Shown in pieces: positions 1 to 9,562 of a stretch of 64,000 bases of DNA (positions are counted from its first letter, which is position 1; the number at the start of each line of letters is the position of its first letter). Under the pieces are notes generated by a model. That model was given only the letters and a program-made list of their open reading frames with translations. It did not search any database and had not been told where the DNA came from. The stretch is from an uncultured Chloroflexia bacterium (GTDB lineage: Bacteria; Chloroflexota; Limnocylindria; Limnocylindrales; CSP1-4), in NCBI GenBank assembly GCA_963707215.1, contig CAVPPB010000003.1, forward strand, positions 896,001 to 960,000, read 5' to 3'. The position numbers were made by a program, and so were the translations under genes.

Positions 1-17
1 GCGAGGGGACGACGACG

Positions 18-1364
18 ATGATCTTCACCGCCGTCGCGATGGACGAGACGCTCCGCCGGCTGCGCGAGGACTACGCGGCCGCGCTGGACTCGCTGGTCGC
101 GGCGATCGAGTCGGCTGGCGCCGGCACGGACGAGGCAGCGATGCGTGCGGCCATGCGTGCAGCCATCGACCGGCTCGAAGTGGACCCGGGCATCTCTGAT
201 GGCCAGGCCCAAGTGCTCGAGCAGGCCGCCGACGCGCTGGCCAGCGAGCGCCTTGAGGGCCGACGGCTGGCGGCGCTGGTCGCGCTCGGTCGGGAGACCC
301 GCATCGTCCTAGACGAGCCCGCGCTCCTGGCGGCGGCAGAAGCGCGTCTGCGCGACGCCTTCCCGGCCGTCGGAGTGACGATCCTCCGGGTCGGCGAGCG
401 GTCGGTCGAGCCGCTGGACGACGGGGCGGAGCCGCCCGACCCGGCGGTCCTCAGCCTCGCCGAGCGGGCCATCGCCGAGGGCTCGACCGTTCGCGACGAC
501 GCCGACGAGACGCATCGACTGGCCATCCCCCTGCGCTCGGCCGAGCGGTCGCTCGGCGTCATCGTCGCCCGGCGGCCCGGTCGGCCGTTCGGCCCTCGGG
601 CAGAGGGGGTGCTCGAGTCGGCCGCAAACCAGCTGACGGTCGCCCTCGAGAACATCCGTCTCTACCGCCAGGTGGATCGGCTCTTCCGCTCCTATCTCTC
701 GCCCGACGTCGTCCGGACGCTGCTCGCCGAGCCGTCCATGGCCCGGCTGGGCGGCGAGGCCACGGAGGCCACGATGCTCTTCGCCGACCTGCGCGGCTAC
801 ACGTCATTCTCGGCGGGCACCGACCCGGCCGAGGTCGTCCGACTGCTCAACCGCTACTTCGGGGCGATCGTGCCGCTGATCCTGGCCGAGGGCGGGACGG
901 TGGCTCAGTTCGTGGGCGACGCGATCTTCGCGATGTTCAACGCGCCCGTTCCGCAGCCCGACCACCCGCTCCGGGCTGCCCGGGTCGCGCTGGCCATGCA
1001 GCGTCGGGTCGACGAGCTGGCCGAGGGGCGCCCGGACTGGCCGCGATTCCGGGTCGGGATCGAGACCGGCCCGGTGGTCGTGGGCAACATCGGGGCCGCA
1101 GAGGTCCGGACCTACACCGCCATCGGCGAAACGACGAACCTGGCGGCCCGGCTCCAGACCTTCGCAGAGGTCGGCCGGATCGTCGTCGGACCCGAGACGG
1201 CCCGCCGCCTGGGGCGCGTGGCCGAGGTCCGGCCGCTCGGCTCGATCGAGCTCAAGGGCTTCCCCGCGCCCATCCCGGCATTCGAGCTCGTCGGGCTGCG
1301 CGAGGATCCGACGCCCGGAGCCGCTCATCGGGCAGGCGATCCGGGGGCGACGAGGGAAGGCTAG
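18..1364 (+). CDS. GAF-domain class III adenylate/guanylate cyclase
   Basis: GAF end motif ANQLTVALENIRLY; cyclase motifs FADLRGYT, FVGDAI, GETTNLAARLQ, LKG. Confidence 0.9.
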   Translation: MIFTAVAMDETLRRLREDYAAALDSLVAAIESAGAGTDEAAMRAAMRAAIDRLEVDPGISDGQAQVLEQAADALASERLEGRRLAALVALGRETRIVLDEPALLAAAEARLRDAFPAVGVTILRVGERSVEPLDDGAEPPDPAVLSLAERAIAEGSTVRDDADETHRLAIPLRSAERSLGVIVARRPGRPFGPRAEGVLESAANQLTVALENIRLYRQVDRLFRSYLSPDVVRTLLAEPSMARLGGEATEATMLFADLRGYTSFSAGTDPAEVVRLLNRYFGAIVPLILAEGGTVAQFVGDAIFAMFNAPVPQPDHPLRAARVALAMQRRVDELAEGRPDWPRFRVGIETGPVVVGNIGAAEVRTYTAIGETTNLAARLQTFAEVGRIVVGPETARRLGRVAEVRPLGSIELKGFPAPIPAFELVGLREDPTPGAAHRAGDPGATREG

Positions 1365-1951
1365 GGCGCCTTGAAGGTCTTGCCCTCGGCCTTGAGCTGG
1401 GCCTTGTAGGCCCGCTTCTTGGCCTGGTAGTCGGCGAGCGCCTCGGGCGAGTCGACGTCGCCCAGGGTCGGGTACGTCGGGGCGACGTCCTCCCAGCCCG
1501 GCGGCTGGACGCCGTACCGACGACCCAGGATGGCGATGAGCGCCTTGACCTTCATGGCGCCGATCCCCGGCAAGGCGAGGAGCCGGCGCTCGAGGTCGGC
1601 CCCGTCGGCGGCATCGCTCCAGGTCCGACCGGCATCGCCCCCATAGGTCTCGGCGACGTACGCAGCGAGGGCCTGGGTCCGCTCGGCCATCGTGCCCGGG
1701 AAGCGGTGGAGCGCGGGTCGCTCCTTGAAGGCGGCGGCCAGCGCCTCGGGGTCCATCGCGGCGATCGTCGCGGCGTCCAGCGTGCCGATGCGCTTGCGAA
1801 GCTCCAGGGGGCCGCTGAAGGCCTTCTGGAGGGGCACCTGCTGGTCCAGGACGAAGCCGATGAGCAGGGCCATCGGGTCCTCGGCGATCAGCCGATCGGC
1901 GTCGGCGTCGCCGGTGAAGGGAAGGTGGTCGGGTGGGACGGGCAGACTCAT
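1361..1951 (-). CDS. HhH-GPD-type base excision repair family protein
   Basis: ALLIGFVLDQQV, LHRFPG, HhH-like ALPGIGAMK; -10 TAGCAT 6 nt before ATG. Confidence 0.85.
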   Translation of the reverse strand: MSLPVPPDHLPFTGDADADRLIAEDPMALLIGFVLDQQVPLQKAFSGPLELRKRIGTLDAATIAAMDPEALAAAFKERPALHRFPGTMAERTQALAAYVAETYGGDAGRTWSDAADGADLERRLLALPGIGAMKVKALIAILGRRYGVQPPGWEDVAPTYPTLGDVDSPEALADYQAKKRAYKAQLKAEGKTFKAP

Positions 1952-2066
1952 GGCCCGATGCTACACCGGCCATCCGGCCGGAGCCGATGCGGCGTCAGCG
2001 GCCGACCGCGCTGCGCGACGCTGCGGTCCAGCGGACACGATGCGCTCGTCATGCGACACTGGGAGC

Positions 2067-3023
2067 ATGACCGAGACCCCCAAGACCCCGGACGAGCAGC
2101 CGTCGATCCCGCCCCCGGCGATCGAGCCGGCAGCCGCCGCCGATCACCCGACCGCCCCGCACGACGCAGCCCCGACGGCCCCGGTCGAGCCGGTCGCGGT
2201 CGCGCCCACGTCATCCGGCAGCGGCGGACGGATCGTCGGCTACCTGGCCGCCGGGCTCGTCGGGGTCGCCCTGACGGTCGCTGCGCTGCTGGCGACCGGC
2301 TCGCTCGAGCTCGGGTTCGCCGCGTCGGGCACCCCGGCACCGACCGATCCAGCGGCGGCCTCCGCCGATCCGTCGTCATCGGCGGACCCCGGGAACCCGA
2401 CGCCGGCCACCGAGGGCCGGGTCCAGGGCGACCCGGATGCCGCGGTGACGATCGAGATCTGGGCCGACTTCCAGTGCCCGTTCTGTGCGCTGTCGGCGAA
2501 GGGCGTCGAGCCCGAGGTCGTCCGCCAGTACGCCGGGACCGGGCAGGCCCAGGTCGTCTTCCGTGACTTCGCCTTCCTCGGCGAGGAGTCCTTCGACTCG
2601 GCCGTGGCGGCCCGCTGCGCCGGCGACCAGGGCCGCTTCTGGCACTACCACGACCTCCTCTTCGCGTCGCAACAGGGCGAGAACCAGGGTGCCTTCGCCC
2701 GGGATCGCCTGCTCAACCTCGCCGACTTCGCCGGCCTGGAGCCCGAGGCCTTCGAGGCATGCCTCGACGATCCGCTGGTCCGGACCGAGGTCGAGACCGA
2801 GACCGCCGAGGGCCGGGAGGTCGGGATCGTCTCGACGCCGACCTGGCGGCTGGTCGGGCCGGGCGGCGCCGTGATCGTCACCGGGCTCAAGCCGATCACC
2901 GACGTCGAGGCGGCCTTCGAGCAGGCGTCCGACCCGAACTTCTCGCCCGAGCCGTCCCCGAGCCCGTCGCCCGAGCCGTCCCCGAGCCCGTCGCCCGAGC
3001 CGTCCCCGAGCCCGTCCTCCTAG
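2067..3023 (+). CDS. Membrane-anchored DsbA/thioredoxin-fold protein
   Basis: TM helix, DFQCPFC CxxC motif, GIVSTPT cis-Pro loop; start moved to ATG 2067. Confidence 0.88.
   Translation: MTETPKTPDEQPSIPPPAIEPAAAADHPTAPHDAAPTAPVEPVAVAPTSSGSGGRIVGYLAAGLVGVALTVAALLATGSLELGFAASGTPAPTDPAAASADPSSSADPGNPTPATEGRVQGDPDAAVTIEIWADFQCPFCALSAKGVEPEVVRQYAGTGQAQVVFRDFAFLGEESFDSAVAARCAGDQGRFWHYHDLLFASQQGENQGAFARDRLLNLADFAGLEPEAFEACLDDPLVRTEVETETAEGREVGIVSTPTWRLVGPGGAVIVTGLKPITDVEAAFEQASDPNFSPEPSPSPSPEPSPSPSPEPSPSPSS
2943..3014 (+). repeat. Perfect 24-bp tandem repeat x3 (TCGCCCGAGCCGTCCCCGAGCCCG) encoding the SPEPSPSP tail
   Basis: Units read directly at 2943, 2967 and 2991. Confidence 0.95.
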
Positions 3024-3031
3024 CGCGTCGG

Positions 3032-3817
3032 ATGTCGGCCGAGCCGCGCGTCCGGTTCCTGGGCCACTCGACGCTCGTCATCGAGATCGACGGGCTGCGC
3101 ATCCTGACCGACCCTGCCCTTCGCGACCGGATCGGGCCGCTCGTCCGGCAGGGCCCGGTGCCCGATCCCGACGCCGTGCGCGACATCGATGCGGTGCTGA
3201 TCTCGCACCTCCACCTTGACCACCTCGACATCCCCTCGCTGCGGATGCTCGAGCGACGCCCGACCCTGATCGTGCCCCGCGGGGCCGAGCCGCTCATGCG
3301 GCGGAGCCGGCTCCACAACTACGTGGAGATGTCCCCCGGCGAGGCGATCGCCTTCGGGGGGATCACCATCCGCACGACCAAGGCCGAGCACGGCGGCGCC
3401 CGCCCGCCGGCCGGCCCGGTCGCTGACGCCATGGGCTTCCTGCTCGAGGGAGACCGGCACAGCGTCTACTTCGCCGGCGACACCGACATCTTCCCCGAGA
3501 TGGCCGACATCCCCGACCCGGACATCGCCCTGCTGCCCGTCAGCGGCTGGGGCCTCACCCGCGGCCCCGGGCACCTCGATCCCAGCGAGGCCGCACGAGC
3601 GCTCGGACTGATCCGACCGCGGCTGGCGATCCCGATCCATTGGGGCACGTTCTGGCCACAGGGCCTGGGGATGATCGGCAAGGACCGGCGGACCGGGGCT
3701 GCGGATCTCTTCCGACGCCATGCCGACGAGGTCGCACCCGAGGTCCGGGTGGCCGTCGCCCAGCCCGGCGACCGCGTCGGGCTGCCCCGCCACGGGCACG
3801 ACCCTGTGGATCGATGA
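3032..3817 (+). CDS. MBL-fold metallo-hydrolase (UlaG/NAPE-PLD-like)
   Basis: LGHST, SHLHLDHLD, YFAGDT, IPIHWGT. Confidence 0.88.
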   Translation: MSAEPRVRFLGHSTLVIEIDGLRILTDPALRDRIGPLVRQGPVPDPDAVRDIDAVLISHLHLDHLDIPSLRMLERRPTLIVPRGAEPLMRRSRLHNYVEMSPGEAIAFGGITIRTTKAEHGGARPPAGPVADAMGFLLEGDRHSVYFAGDTDIFPEMADIPDPDIALLPVSGWGLTRGPGHLDPSEAARALGLIRPRLAIPIHWGTFWPQGLGMIGKDRRTGAADLFRRHADEVAPEVRVAVAQPGDRVGLPRHGHDPVDR

Positions 3818-4587
3818 GGCACGTCACCCGCAAGTCGGCTCGCGAGCTGGCCGCGATGCGCCGGGCAGGCCGGGTCGTCGCCGAGGTGCTCGCGCTCGTC
3901 GAGGAGCAGCTCCGGCCGGGGGTGACGGCCGCCGACCTCGACGCGACCGCGGAGGGCCACATCCGGGCGTCCGGTGGGACGCCCTCGTTCAAGGGCTACC
4001 GGCTCGACCGCTCCAGCCCGCCATTCCCCGGCTCCATCTGCGTCTCGATCGACGACGAGGTGGTCCACGGCCTCCCGGACCGGACCACGCCGATCCCGGC
4101 TGGTTCGCTGGTCTCGATCGACGCCGGGGCGATCGTCGACGGCTACCACGGGGACGCGGCCCGGACCTTCTACGTCGGGGAACCCCCGGCCGAGGTCGCC
4201 GAGCTGATGGAGACGACCCGGGCGGCCCTGCTCGCCGGCATCGCGGCCGCCCGCCCGGGAGCGCGGATCCGGGACATCTCCGCGGCGATCGAGGACGTTG
4301 CGGTGCTCGGCGGCTTCGGCATCGTCCGGGAGTGCGTGGGCCACGGCATCGGCACGGAGATGCACGAGCCGCCGGACGTGCCGAACTACCGCACCCGCTC
4401 GGCGGGTATGCGTCTCGATCCCGGCCACGCCCTGGCGATCGAACCGATGCTGACGATCGGGAGCCCGGCGGTGGGCCTGCTCGCCGACGGCTGGACGATC
4501 GTCACCCGCGACGGCTCGCTGGCCTGCCACTTCGAGCACACGATCGCCGTCACCGACACCGGGCCGGAGATCCTGACCGTCCCCTGA
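3814..4587 (+). CDS. map: Type I methionine aminopeptidase
   Basis: CVSIDDEVVHG, DGYHGDAART, GHGIG..HE, AIEPM, HFEHT; ATGA overlap with upstream gene. Confidence 0.95.
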   Translation: MRHVTRKSARELAAMRRAGRVVAEVLALVEEQLRPGVTAADLDATAEGHIRASGGTPSFKGYRLDRSSPPFPGSICVSIDDEVVHGLPDRTTPIPAGSLVSIDAGAIVDGYHGDAARTFYVGEPPAEVAELMETTRAALLAGIAAARPGARIRDISAAIEDVAVLGGFGIVRECVGHGIGTEMHEPPDVPNYRTRSAGMRLDPGHALAIEPMLTIGSPAVGLLADGWTIVTRDGSLACHFEHTIAVTDTGPEILTVP

Positions 4588-4794
4588 CGACGGCCGGCGA
4601 GGAATCGGCGTTCGTCGGCTCGCCAGCTACGTCGTTCGTCCGGGCGATCTTCCGTCACCCGCCGATGGGTCCGAGCGCCCTGCCATCACAGGATGAGGAC
4701 CGCCGGACACCACCGGCGACCGACCCGGGAGTCCCGGGGCACTCACGACGGGATCCGACCGATGATCGCTCGAACCTGGACAAGTGACACCGAG

Positions 4795-4884
4795 ATGGTG
4801 ACGGACGGCCTCCCGGCCATCCTGATCGCCATCCTGGCCATCCTCCTCGCGCTCGGCATCGCGGCCCACGTGGCCGTCGCCTGA
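4795..4884 (+). CDS. Putative 29-aa single-TM small protein
   Basis: MVTDGLPAILIAILAILLALGIAAHVAVA; GC3-biased codons; fills the intergenic gap. Confidence 0.45.
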   Translation: MVTDGLPAILIAILAILLALGIAAHVAVA

Positions 4885-4891
4885 TCGGCCC

Positions 4892-5383
4892 TCAGGGGCG
4901 CGCGATCCGGGCGACCGTGGCGGCGGTGAGCTCGATCAGCGAGCCGGGTTCGAGCTCGACCTGGAGGCCACGGCGTCCGGCCGAGACCAGCATCGAGTCG
5001 AGCTCGAGCGCTCGCTCGTCGACGAAGGTCGGCAAGGACCGCCGCTGCCCCAGGGGCGAGATGCCGCCAACGACGTAGCCGGTGGCGCGTTCTGCCTCGG
5101 CGACATCGGCCAGGACGGCTCGGCGTCCCCCGGCCACGCCGGCCAGGGCCTTGAGATCCAGCTCGTGGTCGACCGACACGACGGCGAGGACGAGCCGCTC
5201 GTCCACCCGGACGACCAGCGTCTTGAAGATGCGGTCCGGGTCGATCGCCAGGACGGCCGCGGCCTCGCGTCCATAGGCGTGGCGACCGTCGAGCGAACGC
5301 TCCTGGGGCTCGTACTCGTGAACGGTGAATGGCGCGCCGGCTGCGGCAAGCGCCCGGAGCGCGGGCGTTCCCCTGCTGCCCAT
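4892..5383 (-). CDS. ybaK: Cys-tRNA(Pro) deacylase YbaK/EbsC
   Basis: IFKTLV, TGYVVGGISPLGQ, SAGRRGL. Confidence 0.93.
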   Translation of the reverse strand: MGSRGTPALRALAAAGAPFTVHEYEPQERSLDGRHAYGREAAAVLAIDPDRIFKTLVVRVDERLVLAVVSVDHELDLKALAGVAGGRRAVLADVAEAERATGYVVGGISPLGQRRSLPTFVDERALELDSMLVSAGRRGLQVELEPGSLIELTAATVARIARP

Positions 5384-5448
5384 CGACCGATGCTAGCTCC
5401 CGGACGTGCTGTCGACGTGTGACGCGAGGCGGCCCCGGGCCGCCTGGG

Positions 5449-5964
5449 TCACGGGGCGGTCGTCGCGGGCTCGCCGACCTCGAGGGCGGCCCCCGGGAAG
5501 AAGTAGCCGAGCATCATCGCTGCGGTCGCCGACTCGACCGTGTACCGGTTCACCAGGAGGCGCTCGTGTGACGCCAGGACCCGCCCGGGATCGTCACGGT
5601 GGGCGACGCGGACCTCGCCCAGCAGGAGGAACGTGCCGCCCGGTCGGCTCAGGGCTCGTCCGGGGTCGAAGCCGGGCTGGGTCGGCAGCAGGGCGTTCAC
5701 CAGCCACGGCCCCAGGGCGAGCCGGACATCGTGCCAGGTGGCGTGGACCGGGACCTCGGCCTCGTCGGGGACGGCCAGCAGCACGTCGTCGATCGGGAGG
5801 TCCGACGCCGGCAGATCGACGGCCGATCCGTCGACGAAGGTCATCCGGCCCGAGAGCAACTGCAGGCGTTCGCCGCCCTCGAGCCGATCGGCGAGCGGCG
5901 GCGAGCCGTCGAGGAGGCCGGTCACCACGCCATCGGTCGTGTACAGCTCGGTGGGGATCGCCAT
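5449..5964 (-). CDS. Hypothetical protein with tandem beta-domain; paralog of 46932..47582
   Basis: RBS GGAGG before ATG; shares PGxxPxRxLxR...F and LVNR motifs with 46932..47582. Confidence 0.75.
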   Translation of the reverse strand: MAIPTELYTTDGVVTGLLDGSPPLADRLEGGERLQLLSGRMTFVDGSAVDLPASDLPIDDVLLAVPDEAEVPVHATWHDVRLALGPWLVNALLPTQPGFDPGRALSRPGGTFLLLGEVRVAHRDDPGRVLASHERLLVNRYTVESATAAMMLGYFFPGAALEVGEPATTAP

Positions 5965-6120
5965 GACGGTCCTCCGTGCGGTCGGCTCATCGTCGCGGCC
6001 CGGCCGCTCCCCTGCCAGACCCGGGTCGTACCGGTCGCCGTGGACGGAGGTACAGGGCGCGTCCGCGCACCGGCCGGGACCCGTCTGGGCCCGTGGCGCG
6101 GGCGCAACCCTCCGGTCGGC

Positions 6121-6126
6121 TATGCT
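6121..6126 (+). promoter_or_regulatory. -10 element (TATGCT) of the helicase gene, followed by RBS AGGAG at 6141-6145
   Basis: TANNNT hexamer; RBS lies 7 nt before the in-frame ATA at 6153. Confidence 0.55.
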
Positions 6127-6152
6127 TCGAGCGTCACAGCAGGAGCCAAGAG

Positions 6153-7448
6153 ATACCCGAAACCTTCGACCAGCTCGGCCTGTCGGCCGAGATCCTCCGA
6201 GCCGTAGCCGACGAGGGCTACACCGAGCCCACGCCCATCCAGCGACAGGCGATCCCCCTGGTCCTCGCCGGCCGGGACGTCCTCGCCACCGCCCAGACCG
6301 GGACCGGGAAGACGGCGGCCTTCGTGCTGCCGATCCTGGAGTTGCTCCGACCCGACGCGAACGCGAGCTTCTCGCCGGCTCGCCATCCGGTCCGGGCGCT
6401 CATCGTGACGCCGACCCGGGAGCTGGCGGTCCAGGTCCAGGAGATGGCCGCCGCCTACGGGCGTCACCTGGCCCTCCGCTCGACGGTCGTCTACGGCGGT
6501 GTGCCGATCGAGCCGCAGACGAAGACCCTCCTCGCCGGCGTCGAGATCGTCGTGGCCACGCCCGGCCGACTCCTCGACCACATGGGCAGCCGCACGGTCA
6601 ACCTCGGTCAGGTCCGCATCCTCGTCCTCGACGAGGCCGACCGGATGCTCGACATGGGCTTCCTGCCCGACATCCGGCGGATCCTCGACGCCGTGCCCAG
6701 CCGGCGCCAGAACCTCCTGTTCTCGGCCACCTTCTCCGACGACGTGCGAGGCCTGGCGAACCAGCTTCTCGACCATCCGGAGCGCGTCTCCGTCGCCCCG
6801 GCCTACGCCACGGCCGAGCGGGTCCGCCAGCTCGTCTACCCGGTCGACCGGGATCGCAAGGAGGAGCTGCTGCTCCACCTGATCCGGACCCACGACCTGC
6901 GCCAGGCCCTCGTCTTCACCCGGACGAAGCTGGCCGCCGCCCGGCTGGCCAGCTGGCTCGACCGGCGCGGCGTCGAGGCGACCGCGATCCACGGGGACCG
7001 CAGCCAGGCCGAGCGCAGCCGGGCCCTCGAGATGTTCAAGTCGGGCGAGGCGCGGATCCTCGTCGCGACCGACGTGGCCGCCCGCGGTCTCGACATCGAG
7101 GACCTCCCCCACGTCATCAACTTCGAGCTGCCCTTCGACCCCGAGGACTACATCCATCGGATCGGCCGGACCGCCCGGGCGGGCGCCGATGGGGACGCCA
7201 TCAGCCTGGTCTGCATCGACGAGACGGACCTCCTCCGGGCCGTCCAGCGCCTGCTCCGGATGGCCATCCCGTGGACCGTGGAGGAGGGCTTCGTGCCCGA
7301 CCGCAACGTCGAGCCCCGCCCCATCCGCGTGCCCGGGGCCCCGCCCCGAGGCTCCAGCGGTCGGGCGGTCGGCGAGGCGACGGCCCGAAAGCGACGCCAC
7401 CGGCACGGACGACCCACCCCGGCTCCGGGGGGTCGTCGGGCGGGCTGA
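6153..7448 (+). CDS. DEAD-box RNA helicase (RhlE-like); probable ATA start
   Basis: Q motif FDQLGL..PTPIQ, AQTGTGKT, PTRELA, DEAD, SAT, ARGLD, HRIGRT; start uncertain. Confidence 0.93.
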   Translation: MPETFDQLGLSAEILRAVADEGYTEPTPIQRQAIPLVLAGRDVLATAQTGTGKTAAFVLPILELLRPDANASFSPARHPVRALIVTPTRELAVQVQEMAAAYGRHLALRSTVVYGGVPIEPQTKTLLAGVEIVVATPGRLLDHMGSRTVNLGQVRILVLDEADRMLDMGFLPDIRRILDAVPSRRQNLLFSATFSDDVRGLANQLLDHPERVSVAPAYATAERVRQLVYPVDRDRKEELLLHLIRTHDLRQALVFTRTKLAAARLASWLDRRGVEATAIHGDRSQAERSRALEMFKSGEARILVATDVAARGLDIEDLPHVINFELPFDPEDYIHRIGRTARAGADGDAISLVCIDETDLLRAVQRLLRMAIPWTVEEGFVPDRNVEPRPIRVPGAPPRGSSGRAVGEATARKRRHRHGRPTPAPGGRRAG

Positions 7449-7460
7449 GGCCGCGGATCG

Positions 7461-8117
7461 ATGGACCACGGAGCCTACGAGCCGGAGCGCCCCGACGACG
7501 CGTTCCCGACGCAGCGGTTCACGACCCTGCTCAAGCGCCTGCCACGCTACGCGCGCCTGTCCTGGGGCCTGGCCGGTGAGCCACGCCTCTCGCGATCGCG
7601 ACGGGCAGCCCTGCTGGGGGCCGCCGCCTACCTCGTCTCGCCGGTGGACCTCGTGCCCGGGATCGTCCCGGTCGTCGGCCAGGTCGACGACATCGCGATC
7701 GCCCTGCTGGCCCTGCGGGCGGCCCTGCGCGCCCTCGACGAACCGACCCGGATGCGCCAGCTGGCGGCCGCCGGGCTCCAGCCCGGTGATCTCGACGAGG
7801 ACACCCGGACCCTCGGGCTCGTCGCGCTATGGCTCGGACGCCGAGGCGTCCGACTGGGACGACGACTCCTCGCCCTGGCAGCGGTAGCAGCCGGGCACGC
7901 CGCTCGGGCCGGCGGTCGCCTGGCCCTTCGGGCCGGCGAGGCTGGAGCCCGAACGAGCGCATCGGCCGGTGGCCGGGCGGTCCGCGCGACGGGCCAGCGG
8001 GTCCGGGACAGCGCAGTTGCCGGCGGCTCGGCCGCCCGATCCGCCGCCGCCGGGCTCGGTCGTCGGATCACCCGACGAGGCCGCCCGGACCCGGGCCCGA
8101 CCGAGCGCGCCGACTGA
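7461..8117 (+). CDS. YkvA/DUF1232 family membrane protein
   Basis: YLVSPVDLVPGIVPVVGQVDD. Confidence 0.85.
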   Translation: MDHGAYEPERPDDAFPTQRFTTLLKRLPRYARLSWGLAGEPRLSRSRRAALLGAAAYLVSPVDLVPGIVPVVGQVDDIAIALLALRAALRALDEPTRMRQLAAAGLQPGDLDEDTRTLGLVALWLGRRGVRLGRRLLALAAVAAGHAARAGGRLALRAGEAGARTSASAGGRAVRATGQRVRDSAVAGGSAARSAAAGLGRRITRRGRPDPGPTERAD

Positions 8118-9464
8118 TCAGTCGCATCCGGGGCAGGCCGGCTCGATGGGAGAGGCAGTGACGATGCGAGCGATCTCCCGGGTGAGGGCGGCAGCATCGT
8201 AGCGGCTCTGGTTGGTCAGGACGGCGATCGCGATGCGCTGCTCGGGCAGCCAGCGGACGGCGTTCCGGATGCCGACGAACGAGCCGGTGTGCCCCCACAC
8301 GATCCGGCCGTTGTAGGGGACCGCCTGGACCCCCAGGCCGTAGGGGATGCGAGGGTGGAACCGGGCCGTCCGCTGGACGTCCGCGACGGCTTCCACGACG
8401 AGGTCGGTCGAGATCACGGTGCCGCCGTATAGCGCTGCCGTCCAGCGAGCCGCGTCGACCGCGTTCCCGGCGATGGCCCCGGCCGCGCCGGCCGCGGTCA
8501 CGACGGACGTGAACGGCGTCAGCGGATCGTTCGGCCAGATGGCCTTGGCGGTCGAGGACGCACCCTGGCCGCTGACCCGGTGGGCGCGGGCCAGGGGTGA
8601 TGCTGGTTCCTCCGCGCCCTGGACGAAGACGGTGTCGAGATCGAGCGGGTCGAGCAGGCGCTCGCGCACCAGCTGGGCCCAGGGCACCCCGGTGATCCGC
8701 TCGGCCAGCAGGCCGAGGTAGACGTAGCCCGTGTTCGAATAGCGCCAGAACGTGTCCGGGGGGACGCGGTCCTTCTGACCGAAGGCGAGCGTGTCCTCCA
8801 CCGTCCAGACCTTGCGGGTGTCGGCGTTGAGCGCCGGCTCGATCCCGGTGACCCGGAAGAAGTCCGGCAGGCCGCTGGTGTGGTCCAGCAGGTGCCGGAC
8901 GGTCATCCTCGGGTGGAGGCCGGCGTCCGGCAGTAGCGGGGCGACGAGCTCGTCGAGGTACAGGCGTCCCTCGTCGACCAGCTGCAGGATGATCGCCGCC
9001 GTGAAGGTCTTGGTGACCGACGCGTAAGGGAAGGCCGTCCGGTCGGTGACCGGGCGATCGTGGTAGGCGTCGGCGATGCCGATCGACCGGTGCCAGATCC
9101 TCCCGCCGGGCCAAAGCACGGCGACGCTGACCGCCGGACTGCCGGTCCGGGAGCGCCAGTCGGCGACGGCCTTCTCGAGCTCGGCGCTGGTGACCTCGGT
9201 GCGGGGTGGAGCGAGACGGGGCGTCGGTGCCGGGCCGAGCGGAGGCGGGGTCGACGAGGCAAGCGGCGTCGCCATCGGCGTGGGCGTGCTCGTCGGCCTC
9301 GGGGTGGGCGACGGGCTGGCCGAGCTCGCAGGTTCACCGGACGGCGGGGCGAGACTCGCCTGGGCCTGGGCGCCGGGATCCACGCTCGGCAGCGCAGCTC
9401 CGGTCAGCACCAGGGCGCCCGACGCGACGACAAGCAGCAGGCCGAAGATGACGAGGCGACGCAC
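8118..9464 (-). CDS. Secreted serine hydrolase (beta-lactamase/D-Ala-D-Ala carboxypeptidase family)
   Basis: SVTK (SxxK), YSN, HTG; signal/TM segment plus P/S/T linker; GTG 9464 is 7 nt after -10 TACACT. Confidence 0.88.
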   Translation of the reverse strand: MRRLVIFGLLLVVASGALVLTGAALPSVDPGAQAQASLAPPSGEPASSASPSPTPRPTSTPTPMATPLASSTPPPLGPAPTPRLAPPRTEVTSAELEKAVADWRSRTGSPAVSVAVLWPGGRIWHRSIGIADAYHDRPVTDRTAFPYASVTKTFTAAIILQLVDEGRLYLDELVAPLLPDAGLHPRMTVRHLLDHTSGLPDFFRVTGIEPALNADTRKVWTVEDTLAFGQKDRVPPDTFWRYSNTGYVYLGLLAERITGVPWAQLVRERLLDPLDLDTVFVQGAEEPASPLARAHRVSGQGASSTAKAIWPNDPLTPFTSVVTAAGAAGAIAGNAVDAARWTAALYGGTVISTDLVVEAVADVQRTARFHPRIPYGLGVQAVPYNGRIVWGHTGSFVGIRNAVRWLPEQRIAIAVLTNQSRYDAAALTREIARIVTASPIEPACPGCD

Positions 9465-9562
9465 CGGGCGAAGTGTAGCCGCCCGGCGGGGTACCCTCTG
9501 CCGATGGAACGACACATGCTCCCGGTCGGGCCGGCCGGACCCTCGCTCGGGATCGTCCCCCG

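Noticed and set aside
2943-3014. 24-bp repeats as a CRISPR array
   Set aside because: Contiguous in-frame coding repeats with no spacers and no cas genes
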